Virus record (IMG/VR): IMGVR_UViG_3300027759_000067
Location: 25,708-89,707 of that record
Source: a virus
DNA: 64,000 bases
Reading direction: 5' to 3' (one strand)
Shown: in pieces, positions 1-10,559 of the stretch
Layout: each line of letters starts with the position of its first letter
How positions within the stretch are numbered: the first letter of the stretch is position 1
Notes under the pieces: generated by a model
Told to the model about the DNA's origin: nothing
The model's input: the letters and a program-made list of their open reading frames with translations, nothing else
Databases searched by the model: none
Position numbers and translations under genes: made by a program

Positions 1-555
1 TTTGAGCAAGTAGCAGAATGGCAGCATAATCTAACAGTTATACAAAGTCAAGTACGTATAATGCGTGATATTTGTACCTACATTAATGACGAATGTACCA
101 ACAGAGGAGCAACATCCAGCATATACTACAGTGTAGAAAACAATAATATAGGTGAAGCTGCATTAGTTGCTATCAACGAAATTGGTGAAGAAAGCATCCC
201 TGGATTGTTCCTCAGTGAACCTATTAAGAAAGGTCATGTACGTAGATATCGCAAGGGATTTAACACCACACATTCTGTTAAAATCAACGCCTGTGCCAAG
301 CTAAAATACTTAATTGAAAGCGATAGATTAAAGATACATTCTCGTGCTTTTATCAGTGAATTAAAGACATATGTGGCAAAAGGACTGAGTTTTGAAGCTA
401 AAGTAGGCGCACATGATGACCTTGTTAGTGCTATGTTGCTGGTAATTCGTATGACATTAGTACTGCAAGATTGGGATCCTGCTATCTACGATAGGATGCG
501 TGAGGAGCGTGAGGACGAGTTTATCATGCCCATGCCCATCTATATTAGTTCCTAA
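1..555 (+). CDS. Terminase large subunit, C-terminal nuclease domain (5'-truncated; frame open from base 1)
   Basis: VENNNIG and HDDLVSAM motifs typical of T4 gp17-like RNase H-fold nuclease domains. Confidence 0.85.
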   Translation, partial: FEQVAEWQHNLTVIQSQVRIMRDICTYINDECTNRGATSSIYYSVENNNIGEAALVAINEIGEESIPGLFLSEPIKKGHVRRYRKGFNTTHSVKINACAKLKYLIESDRLKIHSRAFISELKTYVAKGLSFEAKVGAHDDLVSAMLLVIRMTLVLQDWDPAIYDRMREEREDEFIMPMPIYISS

Positions 556-571
556 TTAAATAAATAATACT

Positions 572-3500
572 ATGAAACCTATACAACTAATATCGCAAGA
601 TCTCTTTGACAAAGTCCGCAGCCGTTTTACTAATTTAGAAATGGGCGACGAAACAGGTGCAGTTACCATTGACCCAGCAGAAGCACGTTTCTTTGATTTT
701 GACTTTGTTAACGAAGGGGTTGATCTTGGTCGTGTTAGTATGAGTTTAAATGATCTTGGCAGTTTGAAGATTTATTACAGCCAAGGCATTACAGAAAATC
801 AAGATGATCACGCTACACAAATGTGGTACAATTTCCTTAAAGAAATGAGATTGTTTGCCATGCGTAGATTGCTGAGATTTGATACAAGAGACATTGCAAA
901 AACTAATTTAGACAAGAATGATTTTCAACACTTGGCCGCAACACAAGGCCCTAAGGAAGAACCAGATATGAATACTATGAACGAAACTAAAAAAATTAAA
1001 AAGAGTGTGGCGGAAGGCTCGCATGAAGAACAAGTTGCAAGATTGGCCGCATATAATGAAAAAATGGCTGGTAAAAATCCACCAATTGAATTGGGTCTGC
1101 GAGAAGTAGGCAACTGGGCAAAAGTTGGTCACTATGGCGATCCTATCAAAACAGCCTGGCTCAATATAGCAAAATACGGAGTTAGAAATAATAGATTCAA
1201 TAACTCAGTTGAAAAAGTAATGTCAGCAATTAGTGAATTCCCTGATCTTGAGGACGAAGTATACGACATGTATGATATTAACCAAGATGAAGTGGATATA
1301 TTATATAATGCCTATGAAACAGTATATGACCAATGGGAACAATTACAAGGTCAGCAAGGTGTAGCGGAAGGCCTGCAAGAATCACGTTGGAACAATAAGA
1401 GTTCCAGAAAAACTAGCCGCGCAGTACAGGGCAAAACAGAAGTTATTGTACGTCACGCACACGCAGTAGAAGAAACATATCCAGGCGCACGTAGTCAGAG
1501 CAAAAACATCAAGGCAATTTTTATACAGAACGCAGACGGCGAACGTTTCAAGTATCCATTTATACACACAGCAGGTGCGTTCGCAATGGCACAACACGTA
1601 GATCACGGTGGTGTTCCACATGATCCAGCAGGCAAAGCAATTATTAAAATGAGTGAGAATATTGCAAAGTTAGGCGAATTCCAACGACATATACAACGTA
1701 GTTCCTTGCACGCCGATGCACATGGAATTGCAGAACGTGCCATAGGCCACATGAATGAACTTAAAACAAGAATCGCAGCATTAGGAAAACGCCATCATTA
1801 TCAAGCATGGAAAGAAGAATTTGAAGCGTCAGGAATGGGTGAGCCTGCAGACGAAATGATGCTTGACGCAGTAACATTAGAAGATTACAAGAGTAAATTT
1901 ACACAAACAAATTTCCAAGAAGAATTAGTTGGGTTCTTCCCACTACTACATAGCATCATGCGTGAAGCTAATACCGTTGACCTTGAAGAATATGTAGAGG
2001 AAGCAGCAGCACCTTGGGAAGACGAAGAAGCTGATGATAGTGAAAAAGACAAAGACGACCAAACAAATACCAAAGGTTCTGATGGAGCCGAACACGGTGG
2101 GCATTCAAGAGCAAGACACTTGGCAAGACAGGCAATTCCAAAAGAAAAATCAGCAGCAGAAAGCATCAACTCTTTTGAAGAATGGGCAGATTCTACAGAA
2201 CAAGGCAAACTCACAGACGACCAAATGAATCATCTTAAGGCAGCAATTGAGGCATTACCACAGGGACCAAATGGACCACAATTAGACTCTGCGGTGGCTA
2301 ATGATTTCTTTAGCGACCCAGAATTAGGCTTAACAGAATTACCAAATTTTGAAGAATTAACTCAGGCATTACAAGACGAAGAAGGACGCGATGAAGAAAT
2401 TAGAGCAACTCCTTTACAATTATTCCAAACTTGGGCAAAAGAAAATAATCCAGAACTATTAGCATCATTAGGCATGACAGGTGCTGAAGAACCAGCACCT
2501 GCTCCAGAAGCACCTCCTGCTCCAGAGCCTGCACCCGAACAACCAGTAGCAGAAGGCAAGAGCAGTATGGTACACGAAGTAGCCAAGATTGTTAAGAGTT
2601 TTTATAACGCTGATAATGAAAGCGTTGGACCATTCCGTGCAGAAGAAAACATCGCATTGGATTGCAAAAAGCAAATTAGTGAGAAGTTTGGTGAGAAAGC
2701 CGGAGAACAAGCCTACGAAATGGCCGAAGCATTTATTAATAAACTTACACAAGAATGGCAACAAAAACACGGACAGATACAAAAACATAGTCCAGTTGAT
2801 CAAGGCGACGGCCTAAGTGTAGATAGTTTGAAAGAAATATTAGGCAGAATTAAAAGTAAAGTAGAAGGTATTGGAAAACCAGAAATGGAAGAAAAAGATG
2901 AGTGGCATCCATCCAAACATGTCACTGATCCACAAAAGAAAAAAGAACTTGAACCTCATGATAAAGATGTCAAGCGTGGCAGTTATGCCGACCGCGCCAA
3001 CTACTTAGATGCTGCCGGTGTTAAACGTGATACACAACAAGACGAAGGCTTTGTGGGCAATATGATTGACAAGGCTAAAGGTATGTTTGGAAAGACACCA
3101 GCAGCACCGGCCGCTCCAGCACCAGCAACAGGTAACAACGGAGCCCATGCCGATGGTAAGCCAAATTCTTGGATGGAACCAGACATGCGTAAGGACTTTG
3201 AAAATACAGAAATTTCTACTTTTCTCTTATATAACATTCGTATGATATATAGATGGGCTAAAGAAGGTCGTAACATACGCAATTATATTCAAGACTTGAA
3301 GAAATTAGAACACGAAAATATCAGTAAGCCAACAACAGCAGCAGCCTTTAAATTCATTATGGACAATCTTGCTAGTGGTGAAGTAACTGATCCTAAAATG
3401 ATAATGCAAATAGCAGATAAAGCCCACACATTAATGGGACATAGCGATATTGAACAAGCAACTCGTGAAGGCGTAGACAAGAGCCAAGTTCCTGCGGTTA

Positions 3501-3664
3501 TGCGTAAGGAAAAAGGCGGGGACTGGAAAATGTCCACTCAAGATTTAGAAAAAGAACGAGATCAAAGCAGAACAACCAAACCAGGTTTAGACGCACACAA
3601 GGCCAAACTAGGTATGAGTGAAGAGATTGCCGATATTATGAGATTGGTAAATCACAAAAAATAA
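572..3664 (+). CDS. Large acidic head-associated/virion protein with inserted modules
   Basis: 1030 aa, follows terminase, preceded by TAAATA late-type motif; Glu/Pro/Ala-rich linkers and repeated VAEG motifs. Confidence 0.55.
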   Translation: MKPIQLISQDLFDKVRSRFTNLEMGDETGAVTIDPAEARFFDFDFVNEGVDLGRVSMSLNDLGSLKIYYSQGITENQDDHATQMWYNFLKEMRLFAMRRLLRFDTRDIAKTNLDKNDFQHLAATQGPKEEPDMNTMNETKKIKKSVAEGSHEEQVARLAAYNEKMAGKNPPIELGLREVGNWAKVGHYGDPIKTAWLNIAKYGVRNNRFNNSVEKVMSAISEFPDLEDEVYDMYDINQDEVDILYNAYETVYDQWEQLQGQQGVAEGLQESRWNNKSSRKTSRAVQGKTEVIVRHAHAVEETYPGARSQSKNIKAIFIQNADGERFKYPFIHTAGAFAMAQHVDHGGVPHDPAGKAIIKMSENIAKLGEFQRHIQRSSLHADAHGIAERAIGHMNELKTRIAALGKRHHYQAWKEEFEASGMGEPADEMMLDAVTLEDYKSKFTQTNFQEELVGFFPLLHSIMREANTVDLEEYVEEAAAPWEDEEADDSEKDKDDQTNTKGSDGAEHGGHSRARHLARQAIPKEKSAAESINSFEEWADSTEQGKLTDDQMNHLKAAIEALPQGPNGPQLDSAVANDFFSDPELGLTELPNFEELTQALQDEEGRDEEIRATPLQLFQTWAKENNPELLASLGMTGAEEPAPAPEAPPAPEPAPEQPVAEGKSSMVHEVAKIVKSFYNADNESVGPFRAEENIALDCKKQISEKFGEKAGEQAYEMAEAFINKLTQEWQQKHGQIQKHSPVDQGDGLSVDSLKEILGRIKSKVEGIGKPEMEEKDEWHPSKHVTDPQKKKELEPHDKDVKRGSYADRANYLDAAGVKRDTQQDEGFVGNMIDKAKGMFGKTPAAPAAPAPATGNNGAHADGKPNSWMEPDMRKDFENTEISTFLLYNIRMIYRWAKEGRNIRNYIQDLKKLEHENISKPTTAAAFKFIMDNLASGEVTDPKMIMQIADKAHTLMGHSDIEQATREGVDKSQVPAVMRKEKGGDWKMSTQDLEKERDQSRTTKPGLDAHKAKLGMSEEIADIMRLVNHKK

Positions 3665-3690
3665 TTGGCAAAATTAAGCAGCCAAATAGG

Positions 3691-3745
3691 TTGCAATGAT
3701 AAATAAAACTGTGTATAGTTAACGCTATGCACAGTTTTTCTTTTA
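3691..3745 (+). promoter_or_regulatory. sigma70-like promoter (TTGCAA-17-TATAGT) plus TAAATA, overlapping a hairpin/terminator upstream of SSB
   Basis: -35 3691-3696, -10 3714-3719; inverted repeat AAAACTGTGTATAG/CTATGCACAGTTTT followed by T tract. Confidence 0.55.
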
Positions 3746-3801
3746 GTCAGTTGGCTTTAAGAAAGCGGCATAATTAAAACATTTATTAAGGAAAAATCAT
3801 T

Positions 3802-4797
3802 ATGGCAACTTTAGCAGAAATTCGCGCAAAACTTCAAGCATCATCTCAACAAGGCGGCAGCAATGCAGGCGGCGGAGATAACGGTGTATTCCCCCATTGG
3901 AATATGCCAGAAGGATCAACTACCACAGTTCGATTCTTACCCGACCAAGACCCAAACAACACTTTTTTCTGGATCGAACGTGCAATGATCAAATTGCCTT
4001 TCGCTGGTATTAAAGGTGAAACAAATTCCAAACCCGTTACTGTACAAGTTCCTTGTATGGAAATGTGGGGCGAGACTTGTCCAGTATTGACAGAAGTCCG
4101 TCCATGGTTCAAAGATAAATCTTTGGAAGATATGGGTCGTAAGTACTGGAAAAAGAAATCTTATCTATTCCAAGGATTTGTCACTGACAGCAAACTTGTA
4201 GAAGAAGGTAAGACACCTGAGAATCCAATCCGTCGTTTCATCATCGGCTCACAAATCTTCAATATCGTTAAAAACGCATTAATGGATGCTGAGATCGAAG
4301 AACTACCTACAGACTATGTTCGCGGTCTTGACTTCAAGATTGCTAAAACTAGCAAAGGTGGTTATGCTGACTATTCTACTTCTACTTGGGCTCGTCGTGA
4401 ACGTGCTCTTGCTGAAATGGAACAAGCAGCAATTAAACAACACGGTTTGTTTGATTTGAAGAGCTTCCTACCTAAGAAACCAGGCGAAGTTGAACTCAAA
4501 GTTATCGCAGAAATGTTTGCAGCATCAGTTGATGGTGAAGCATACGATGGCGAGCGTTGGGGTCAATACTTCAAGCCAGCAGGCTTTGGTGGTAGTGGTT
4601 CAGCAACTGGTTCTACATCAGCACCAAAAGCAGCGCCAGCACCAGCAGCAGGTATTGAGGAAGACGACGTCCCTTTTGAACGTGCGGCAGCAACACCCGC
4701 TAAAGTGGTTGCAGAAGAAGCACCAGCTACAAGCAATGCAGGCAGCAGAGCAGCAGACATTCTTGCAGTAATCCGTAGTCGCCAACAAGCAAACTAA
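3802..4797 (+). CDS. Single-stranded DNA-binding protein, T4 gp32-like
   Basis: VRFLPD, C..CPV, YWKK, GLDFKIAKTSKGGYADY motifs; acidic/Ala-rich tail. Confidence 0.9.
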   Translation: MATLAEIRAKLQASSQQGGSNAGGGDNGVFPHWNMPEGSTTTVRFLPDQDPNNTFFWIERAMIKLPFAGIKGETNSKPVTVQVPCMEMWGETCPVLTEVRPWFKDKSLEDMGRKYWKKKSYLFQGFVTDSKLVEEGKTPENPIRRFIIGSQIFNIVKNALMDAEIEELPTDYVRGLDFKIAKTSKGGYADYSTSTWARRERALAEMEQAAIKQHGLFDLKSFLPKKPGEVELKVIAEMFAASVDGEAYDGERWGQYFKPAGFGGSGSATGSTSAPKAAPAPAAGIEEDDVPFERAAATPAKVVAEEAPATSNAGSRAADILAVIRSRQQAN

Positions 4798-4807
4798 GGA
4801 GTAACAG

Positions 4808-5863
4808 ATGGGAAAAGCATTTGATATTTCTAAGTTTAGAAAGTCAATTACTAAGTCCATTGACGGACTTGGTATTGGCTTCAATGATCCAACTGACTGG
4901 ATCTCAACCGGCAACTATGCTCTTAACTATCTTATCAGTGGGGACTTCTTTAAGGGAATTCCTCTTGGTAAGGTAACTGTGTTTGCTGGTGAATCCGGCG
5001 CAGGTAAATCTTATATCTGTTCTGGAAACATTATTCGACACGCACAGGAACAAGGCATATTTGTTATTCTTGTTGACAGCGAAAACGCCCTTGACGAAAA
5101 GTGGTTAATTGATCTTGGTGTTGATACCAGTGATGAAAAACTACTTAAACTTAATATGGCTATGATTGATGATGTGGCTAAAACCATTTCTGAATTCATG
5201 AAAGAATACAAAGTTATGCCTGAGGAATCACGTCCTAAGGTGTTGTTTGTAATTGATAGTTTGGGTATGTTGTTGACTCCTACAGACGTTAATCAATTTG
5301 AAGCAGGTGAAATGAAAGGTGATATGGGCCGTAAACCTAAAGCACTTACATCACTGGTTCGTAATTGTGTTAATATGTTTGGCTCGTGGAATGTTGGATT
5401 GGTTTGTACCAACCATACATATGCAAGTCAAGATATGTTCGATCCAGATGACAAAATCTCAGGTGGACAAGGCTTTATCTATGCAAGCTCTATTGTAGTT
5501 GCGATGCGTAAATTGAAGTTGAAAACCGACGAAGATGGTAATAAAACTACCACTGTTAACGGTATTCGTTCAGCTTGTAAGATTATGAAAACACGTTACT
5601 CTAAACCTTTTGAATCAGTACAAGTTGAGATTCCGTACTCAACTGGTATGAGTCCATTCAGTGGTTTAGTTGATTTATTTGAAGCCAAGGGTAAGTTGAA
5701 GAAAGAAGGCAACAGTCTTGTTTATGTAACTAAAGATGGCGAAATTATCAAACAATTCCGCAAGGCATGGAACAGTAATGACAAAGATGGATTAACCATA
5801 GTTATGGCTGAGTGGGATGATACTATTGTGCCTGTAGAGGCAGTGGAAACAGAGGAAGCATAA
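4808..5863 (+). CDS. uvsX: RecA-like recombinase UvsX
   Basis: Walker A GESGAGKS, DSENALD, VIDSLG, SGGQG. Confidence 0.93.
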   Translation: MGKAFDISKFRKSITKSIDGLGIGFNDPTDWISTGNYALNYLISGDFFKGIPLGKVTVFAGESGAGKSYICSGNIIRHAQEQGIFVILVDSENALDEKWLIDLGVDTSDEKLLKLNMAMIDDVAKTISEFMKEYKVMPEESRPKVLFVIDSLGMLLTPTDVNQFEAGEMKGDMGRKPKALTSLVRNCVNMFGSWNVGLVCTNHTYASQDMFDPDDKISGGQGFIYASSIVVAMRKLKLKTDEDGNKTTTVNGIRSACKIMKTRYSKPFESVQVEIPYSTGMSPFSGLVDLFEAKGKLKKEGNSLVYVTKDGEIIKQFRKAWNSNDKDGLTIVMAEWDDTIVPVEAVETEEA

Positions 5864-5864
5864 A

Positions 5865-6110
5865 ATGGAAGAAGATCAAATTATCGGTGTATGGGACACT
5901 TTTAAAGATTATGTCCCTGAAAAAAATCGAGATGCCGCAGCATCACATTTTGTAGAATTTATAATTGGACAAGATGTTGAATTATCAGTTCTTGAATCAG
6001 TTATAGGATTTGATCCACATCTCGACTCTGCTATCCAACTCGTTGTTGAAGAATTTAAAGACGAAGATCAGATAGACGACGATCTTGACTACTACGAAAA
6101 CGAGGACTGA
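5865..6110 (+). CDS. Hypothetical acidic protein
   Basis: 81 aa ORF in the uvsX-uvsY operon. Confidence 0.7.
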   Translation: MEEDQIIGVWDTFKDYVPEKNRDAAASHFVEFIIGQDVELSVLESVIGFDPHLDSAIQLVVEEFKDEDQIDDDLDYYENED

Positions 6111-6112
6111 TC

Positions 6113-6568
6113 GTGAATTGGTACAGCAAAGTAAGCAAGGATATTGCTCACTTGCCAGGCTGTATTGATTACTATTACCTTGAATTAGACACAGCAAGGG
6201 CAGAGGTTAAAATTCACGGAAACGTGGAAAAATCCTCTGCTGCTTTGCCTGGTCTTGTTGCTCATCGATTTAATCAACTTCAAGAAATTGAAGGTATTTT
6301 AGAATATCTAAACATCGAACTACGCCGCTTACGTTCCAAAACTTTTAAGAAATATTTGGAAAACTATCAACGTGCTCTTAGCAGTAGAGATGTTGAAAAG
6401 TATGTAGAAGGTGAGGCAGATGTGGTTGATATGGAAAAGATCATCAATGAGTTTGCACTACTACGCAATCAATGGCTGGGCATTATCAAGGGCTTGGATA
6501 TCAAACAGTGGCAACTAAGTAATATTATTAAACTCCGAACAGCGGGTATGGAAGACGTTGTTATTTGA
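6113..6568 (+). CDS. uvsY: Recombination mediator UvsY-like
   Basis: Helical 151 aa protein with KYVEGEADV and KGLDIKQWQLSNIIKLR; position next to uvsX. Confidence 0.8.
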   Translation: MNWYSKVSKDIAHLPGCIDYYYLELDTARAEVKIHGNVEKSSAALPGLVAHRFNQLQEIEGILEYLNIELRRLRSKTFKKYLENYQRALSSRDVEKYVEGEADVVDMEKIINEFALLRNQWLGIIKGLDIKQWQLSNIIKLRTAGMEDVVI

Positions 6569-6571
6569 CAC

Positions 6572-6609
6572 AGAAAGGACTTGCGTCCTTTCTTATTTTG
6601 TAGTATAAT
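6572..6609 (+). terminator. Intrinsic terminator overlapping a sigma70 promoter (TTGCGT-17-TATAAT)
   Basis: AGAAAGGAC-TTGC-GTCCTTTCT then T-rich tract; -35 6581-6586, -10 6604-6609. Confidence 0.65.
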
Positions 6610-6618
6610 AAATGTATC

Positions 6619-7791
6619 ATGTATATTGAAGATTTACTCCACACATTGATGTACTCTGTTAAGACCAATCGTTATGATTCAACGTTGGTCCAGAGTTTCT
6701 ATGAGCAAATAAATTACAAAAGTTTGGGTTTCACAGAAAAACAAGCTACCATAATGCTGAAAATCTCAAAAGCATACAAACAACAGATCTGTACACATCT
6801 TGGTAAAGATATAACTCCATTATTGGACAATCCACAATTTAAATTTAGTATCAGAACTATCAGTATGGTAAAACATATCTCTGTAATTCCTAATACTAAC
6901 AATACCAAATTCATTATGGTGAAATTTCCCTATGATGAAACATTGGTTAAAGATATAAAAAGTGTAAGACAGAAATTTATATCCGCTGAATGGAATCAAG
7001 ATGAAAAAGCCTGGGTTTTTTCCTTAGAAGGATTGACTGTTGAATATTTTAGTGCATACGTTATCTCCAAGGGATTCACTGCGGATGACCAATTTAAAGG
7101 ATACATGGAGCAAGCCCTGGAAATTACCAACAATGTTGAAAAATATGCTCCTATGCTAACCATTGAGCAAGGAATGCCTAAAATTATCAATATTCCTGCT
7201 CATGTTCCGCAACCTAATAGCACAGACATTGTTCAATCATTGTTTGAAGCAAGACGTGTGGGTGTTACTACCTGGGATCATTTAATTGATAACGTCCTAC
7301 TTGAATCCAATCAATCCTCTTTGATTAAAAATTTCATAAAATCTGAGATAGGTGAGGCATTTTCCATAAATTTAGAAGAAAATTCAATTTTAGATTTGAA
7401 ACCCATTGTGAAGCATTTGTTGCCCTGCATCGTTACTGTACCAGGTGGTAATGAATTAAGCAAAATGCAACAAGCATTAGAATTGTTAAAAGACATCGGT
7501 ATTGAAAATCAAGAAATTAGTGTTTTATTCCGCTTGCCCAACGAAACAGGTGGTGAATTTAACAAATTTGTCAAAGAAGAAAAATTAAATTCTCCTGTAT
7601 CTGAAACAACCAAAGTAGTAATCCTCAGTGGAAAACTTCCTAAGCCATTGTTTGAATCTGAACTAAAATTTAATTGTGTGTTGAACTTTAATTTCTACAA
7701 TGTTCACTATACTCTTGCTAATTTTATGAAAAACAAGCATAATGTTATTAACGTGTTAGCAGATAAAAAACAAAAGACCCTACTATTTTGA
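6619..7791 (+). CDS. Hypothetical protein, possibly helicase-associated
   Basis: 390 aa, overlaps uvsW start; FPYD...W..DEKAW segment is loosely HARP-like. Confidence 0.6.
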   Translation: MYIEDLLHTLMYSVKTNRYDSTLVQSFYEQINYKSLGFTEKQATIMLKISKAYKQQICTHLGKDITPLLDNPQFKFSIRTISMVKHISVIPNTNNTKFIMVKFPYDETLVKDIKSVRQKFISAEWNQDEKAWVFSLEGLTVEYFSAYVISKGFTADDQFKGYMEQALEITNNVEKYAPMLTIEQGMPKIINIPAHVPQPNSTDIVQSLFEARRVGVTTWDHLIDNVLLESNQSSLIKNFIKSEIGEAFSINLEENSILDLKPIVKHLLPCIVTVPGGNELSKMQQALELLKDIGIENQEISVLFRLPNETGGEFNKFVKEEKLNSPVSETTKVVILSGKLPKPLFESELKFNCVLNFNFYNVHYTLANFMKNKHNVINVLADKKQKTLLF

Positions 7792-9242
7792 GCACCTGTA
7801 AAGTTATCATTAAAGATGAAGTAAATGTTAAGATTGATAATTTAGATCTTGACACTCGCAAAGCATTGGTTAAAAAATTCAAGTATGAAGACCCTACTGC
7901 CCGCTTCAGACCCAGCTTCAAATTAGGTCGGTGGGATGGCAGCATCAGTTTTTTTGGTCTCGGTGGATCAACTTATCTAAGTATGCTCGGACCAGTGTTA
8001 GAGTACCTTGAAAGCAAAAACTACTACATTGAAGTTGAAGATCTCAGGACCAGCAGTGCCCTGGAATTTCCTGAAATTTCTGAGGATTTTTGGGGTGATT
8101 TATGCTGGCCCAAAGGACATGTTCAGGAGGGGCAACTTATCCGTATGCGTGACTATCAATGCGACGTTGTAAATAATTTCTTGAAGAATCCCCAGTGTTT
8201 ACAGGAAGTTGCCACTGGTGCAGGTAAGACAATTATCACCGCAACTTTGAGCAAAATCTGTGAAAAATATGGTCGAACAATAACCATTGTTCCTAACAAA
8301 AGTTTAGTGGAACAAACGGAAGAAGACTTTATTAATTGCGGATTAGACGTTGGTGTGTACTACGGAGATAGAAAAAATCTCAACAAAACCCACACTATTT
8401 GTACCTGGCAAAGTTTGAATATTTTAGACAAAAAATCACAAGACAATGACGAGTTATTGACCTTGGCAGAATTTCTAGACGGTGTGAGCACAGTCATAGT
8501 TGACGAGGTACATATGGCCAAAGCCGATGTATTGAAGAAATTATTGACTCAGAATCTCGCCAATGCTCCTATACGTTGGGGATTGACCGGAACCATACCA
8601 AAAGCCGATCATGAGTATCAAGCATTGCGGGCAAGTTTGGGAGATGTTATTCATCACATATCTGCACATGAATTACAGGCTCGCGGTGTGTTGAGTAATT
8701 GCCACGTTAATGTTGTACAAACAGCTGAGTGGAAAGAATTTGGAAGTTATGCAGAAGAATTGAAATATCTTGTCACTGATAGCACTAGGATGACCTATAT
8801 CAGCAACATGATTCGCAATATTGCAACATCAGGAAATACCTTAGTCTTGGTTAATAGAATTGACTCTGGTAAATTTATTATTGAACAAATACCAGAGGCG
8901 GTGTTTGTTTCAGGTGAAGTTAAATCTACAACAAGAAAAGAAGAGTACGATGAAATTAAAACTGCTGATAACAAGATTATTGTGGCGACTTTTGGTGTGG
9001 CCGCTGTGGGTATTAATATCCCTAGGATTTTTAATCTGGTTCTTTTGGAACCCGGAAAGAGCTTTGTTAGAGTTATACAAAGCATTGGGCGAGGTATTAG
9101 AAAAGCTGACGACAAAGACTTCGTCCAAATCTGGGATATAACTGCTTCCGCCAAATACGCTAAACGTCATCTGACAGAGAGAAAGAGGTTTTATAAAGAA
9201 GCCAAATACCCATTTAATATTGAGAAAGTAAAATACCTATAA
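7788..9242 (+). CDS. uvsW: SF2 DNA helicase UvsW-like
   Basis: ATGAGKT, DEVH, GLTGT, QSIGRGIR motifs. Confidence 0.9.
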   Translation: MSTCKVIIKDEVNVKIDNLDLDTRKALVKKFKYEDPTARFRPSFKLGRWDGSISFFGLGGSTYLSMLGPVLEYLESKNYYIEVEDLRTSSALEFPEISEDFWGDLCWPKGHVQEGQLIRMRDYQCDVVNNFLKNPQCLQEVATGAGKTIITATLSKICEKYGRTITIVPNKSLVEQTEEDFINCGLDVGVYYGDRKNLNKTHTICTWQSLNILDKKSQDNDELLTLAEFLDGVSTVIVDEVHMAKADVLKKLLTQNLANAPIRWGLTGTIPKADHEYQALRASLGDVIHHISAHELQARGVLSNCHVNVVQTAEWKEFGSYAEELKYLVTDSTRMTYISNMIRNIATSGNTLVLVNRIDSGKFIIEQIPEAVFVSGEVKSTTRKEEYDEIKTADNKIIVATFGVAAVGINIPRIFNLVLLEPGKSFVRVIQSIGRGIRKADDKDFVQIWDITASAKYAKRHLTERKRFYKEAKYPFNIEKVKYL

Positions 9243-9745
9243 TGCAGATTTTAACATTGAACAACGAGATTTTTTATCTCAACGACTTACCAGAAGAAGT
9301 AGATGAAGATCTAAGATTTGCTGTATTGGATAATAGTGATAATTCGAACCCTGACTATTTCTTCATTCCACTTATATTCTTGGAGAGCTTTACCGGGCCA
9401 GCAGCCGTACTAAAAATTGGACCACACGAACTTACCATGCCCTTGGATTGGTGTGCCATTGTTGGCGATCCTGAAGGTCCTGAAATGGAAGTGCTTCCAT
9501 TAACAAGTTTAAATGATCGTGGATTTAGAACATTCTGCTTTAATCCATTGAGCAGTTTTAGACCAGAGTTTCATGAGATTGATATCATTGATGTTTATCA
9601 AGATGTTAAATGGTATTTTCCAAAGATGAAGCCTGGACAACTATTATGCACACCATTGGAAACAGGGCCTAAACCAACCTGTGCATATTTTGTCAAAGAA
9701 GTTAGTCGTCAAAGTGAATTGGTAGATTATACAAGGTGCTGGTAA
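9242..9745 (+). CDS. Hypothetical beta-rich protein
   Basis: 167 aa, translationally coupled to uvsW. Confidence 0.7.
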   Translation: MQILTLNNEIFYLNDLPEEVDEDLRFAVLDNSDNSNPDYFFIPLIFLESFTGPAAVLKIGPHELTMPLDWCAIVGDPEGPEMEVLPLTSLNDRGFRTFCFNPLSSFRPEFHEIDIIDVYQDVKWYFPKMKPGQLLCTPLETGPKPTCAYFVKEVSRQSELVDYTRCW

Positions 9746-10558
9746 ATGAAAAGCTGGTTTATTAAAAATTGGAATTTATCATATAGCGAAAAACTTAAAA
9801 ATTTTCCTTCAGTTAATTATACAAGTTTACGTGAAAGCGTTGACCGTAGAAAATTTATGCAGGATCAATTTGATCACTTTGGAATAACTAAAACATCTGT
9901 ATATCAAACTGAAAGATATACAGAAATTTCTGATTACGTTAAATGTACAGGAACTGGAGTAGTAAACGATGCTGTAACTTCACAACTAGGAACTATGATT
10001 TCTCATTTAAATCTTATGAGAAATTGGTATGTATCTACTAACGAAGACTATGCTATTTTTTGTGAAGATGATGTTAGTTTTGAAAGTATCAAATATTGGA
10101 ATTTCACTTGGGAAGATTTTGTTGAACATCTTCCTGAAAATTGGGAATGCATACAATTAACAAAAGTAATGGTTCCGTGTGATGCTGGATGTAAAGGTAG
10201 TAAAGAGTTTAATCTTAAATTAACTTGGGGCAGATGGTGGGGCGCTTACTCATTAATGAAACGATCATACGTTAAAAAAATATTAGATAAAACTTGTATA
10301 GGATATAATGAATATTGTTTTGATATAATATATGGAGATATTGATTATGAACCTATTATTGAAAATTTATTATATATAGGCATGGCAACAGTTTATAATT
10401 TTCCTATGTTAGTCGAACAACGTGAATTTAATACAACTTTCTTTTACAAAAACGAAACAGCAACTACATCACAAGAATGGTCACATCATTTTGTATTAGA
10501 AGAATGGCAGACTAATGGAAAAACTTTAGATCTTGATTACGCAATGAGAATAAATTAA
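9746..10558 (+). CDS. Glycosyltransferase family 25-like
   Basis: SL..SVDRR..M, SHL, IFCEDD motifs; AT-rich insert. Confidence 0.75.
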   Translation: MKSWFIKNWNLSYSEKLKNFPSVNYTSLRESVDRRKFMQDQFDHFGITKTSVYQTERYTEISDYVKCTGTGVVNDAVTSQLGTMISHLNLMRNWYVSTNEDYAIFCEDDVSFESIKYWNFTWEDFVEHLPENWECIQLTKVMVPCDAGCKGSKEFNLKLTWGRWWGAYSLMKRSYVKKILDKTCIGYNEYCFDIIYGDIDYEPIIENLLYIGMATVYNFPMLVEQREFNTTFFYKNETATTSQEWSHHFVLEEWQTNGKTLDLDYAMRIN

Positions 10559-10559
10559 A

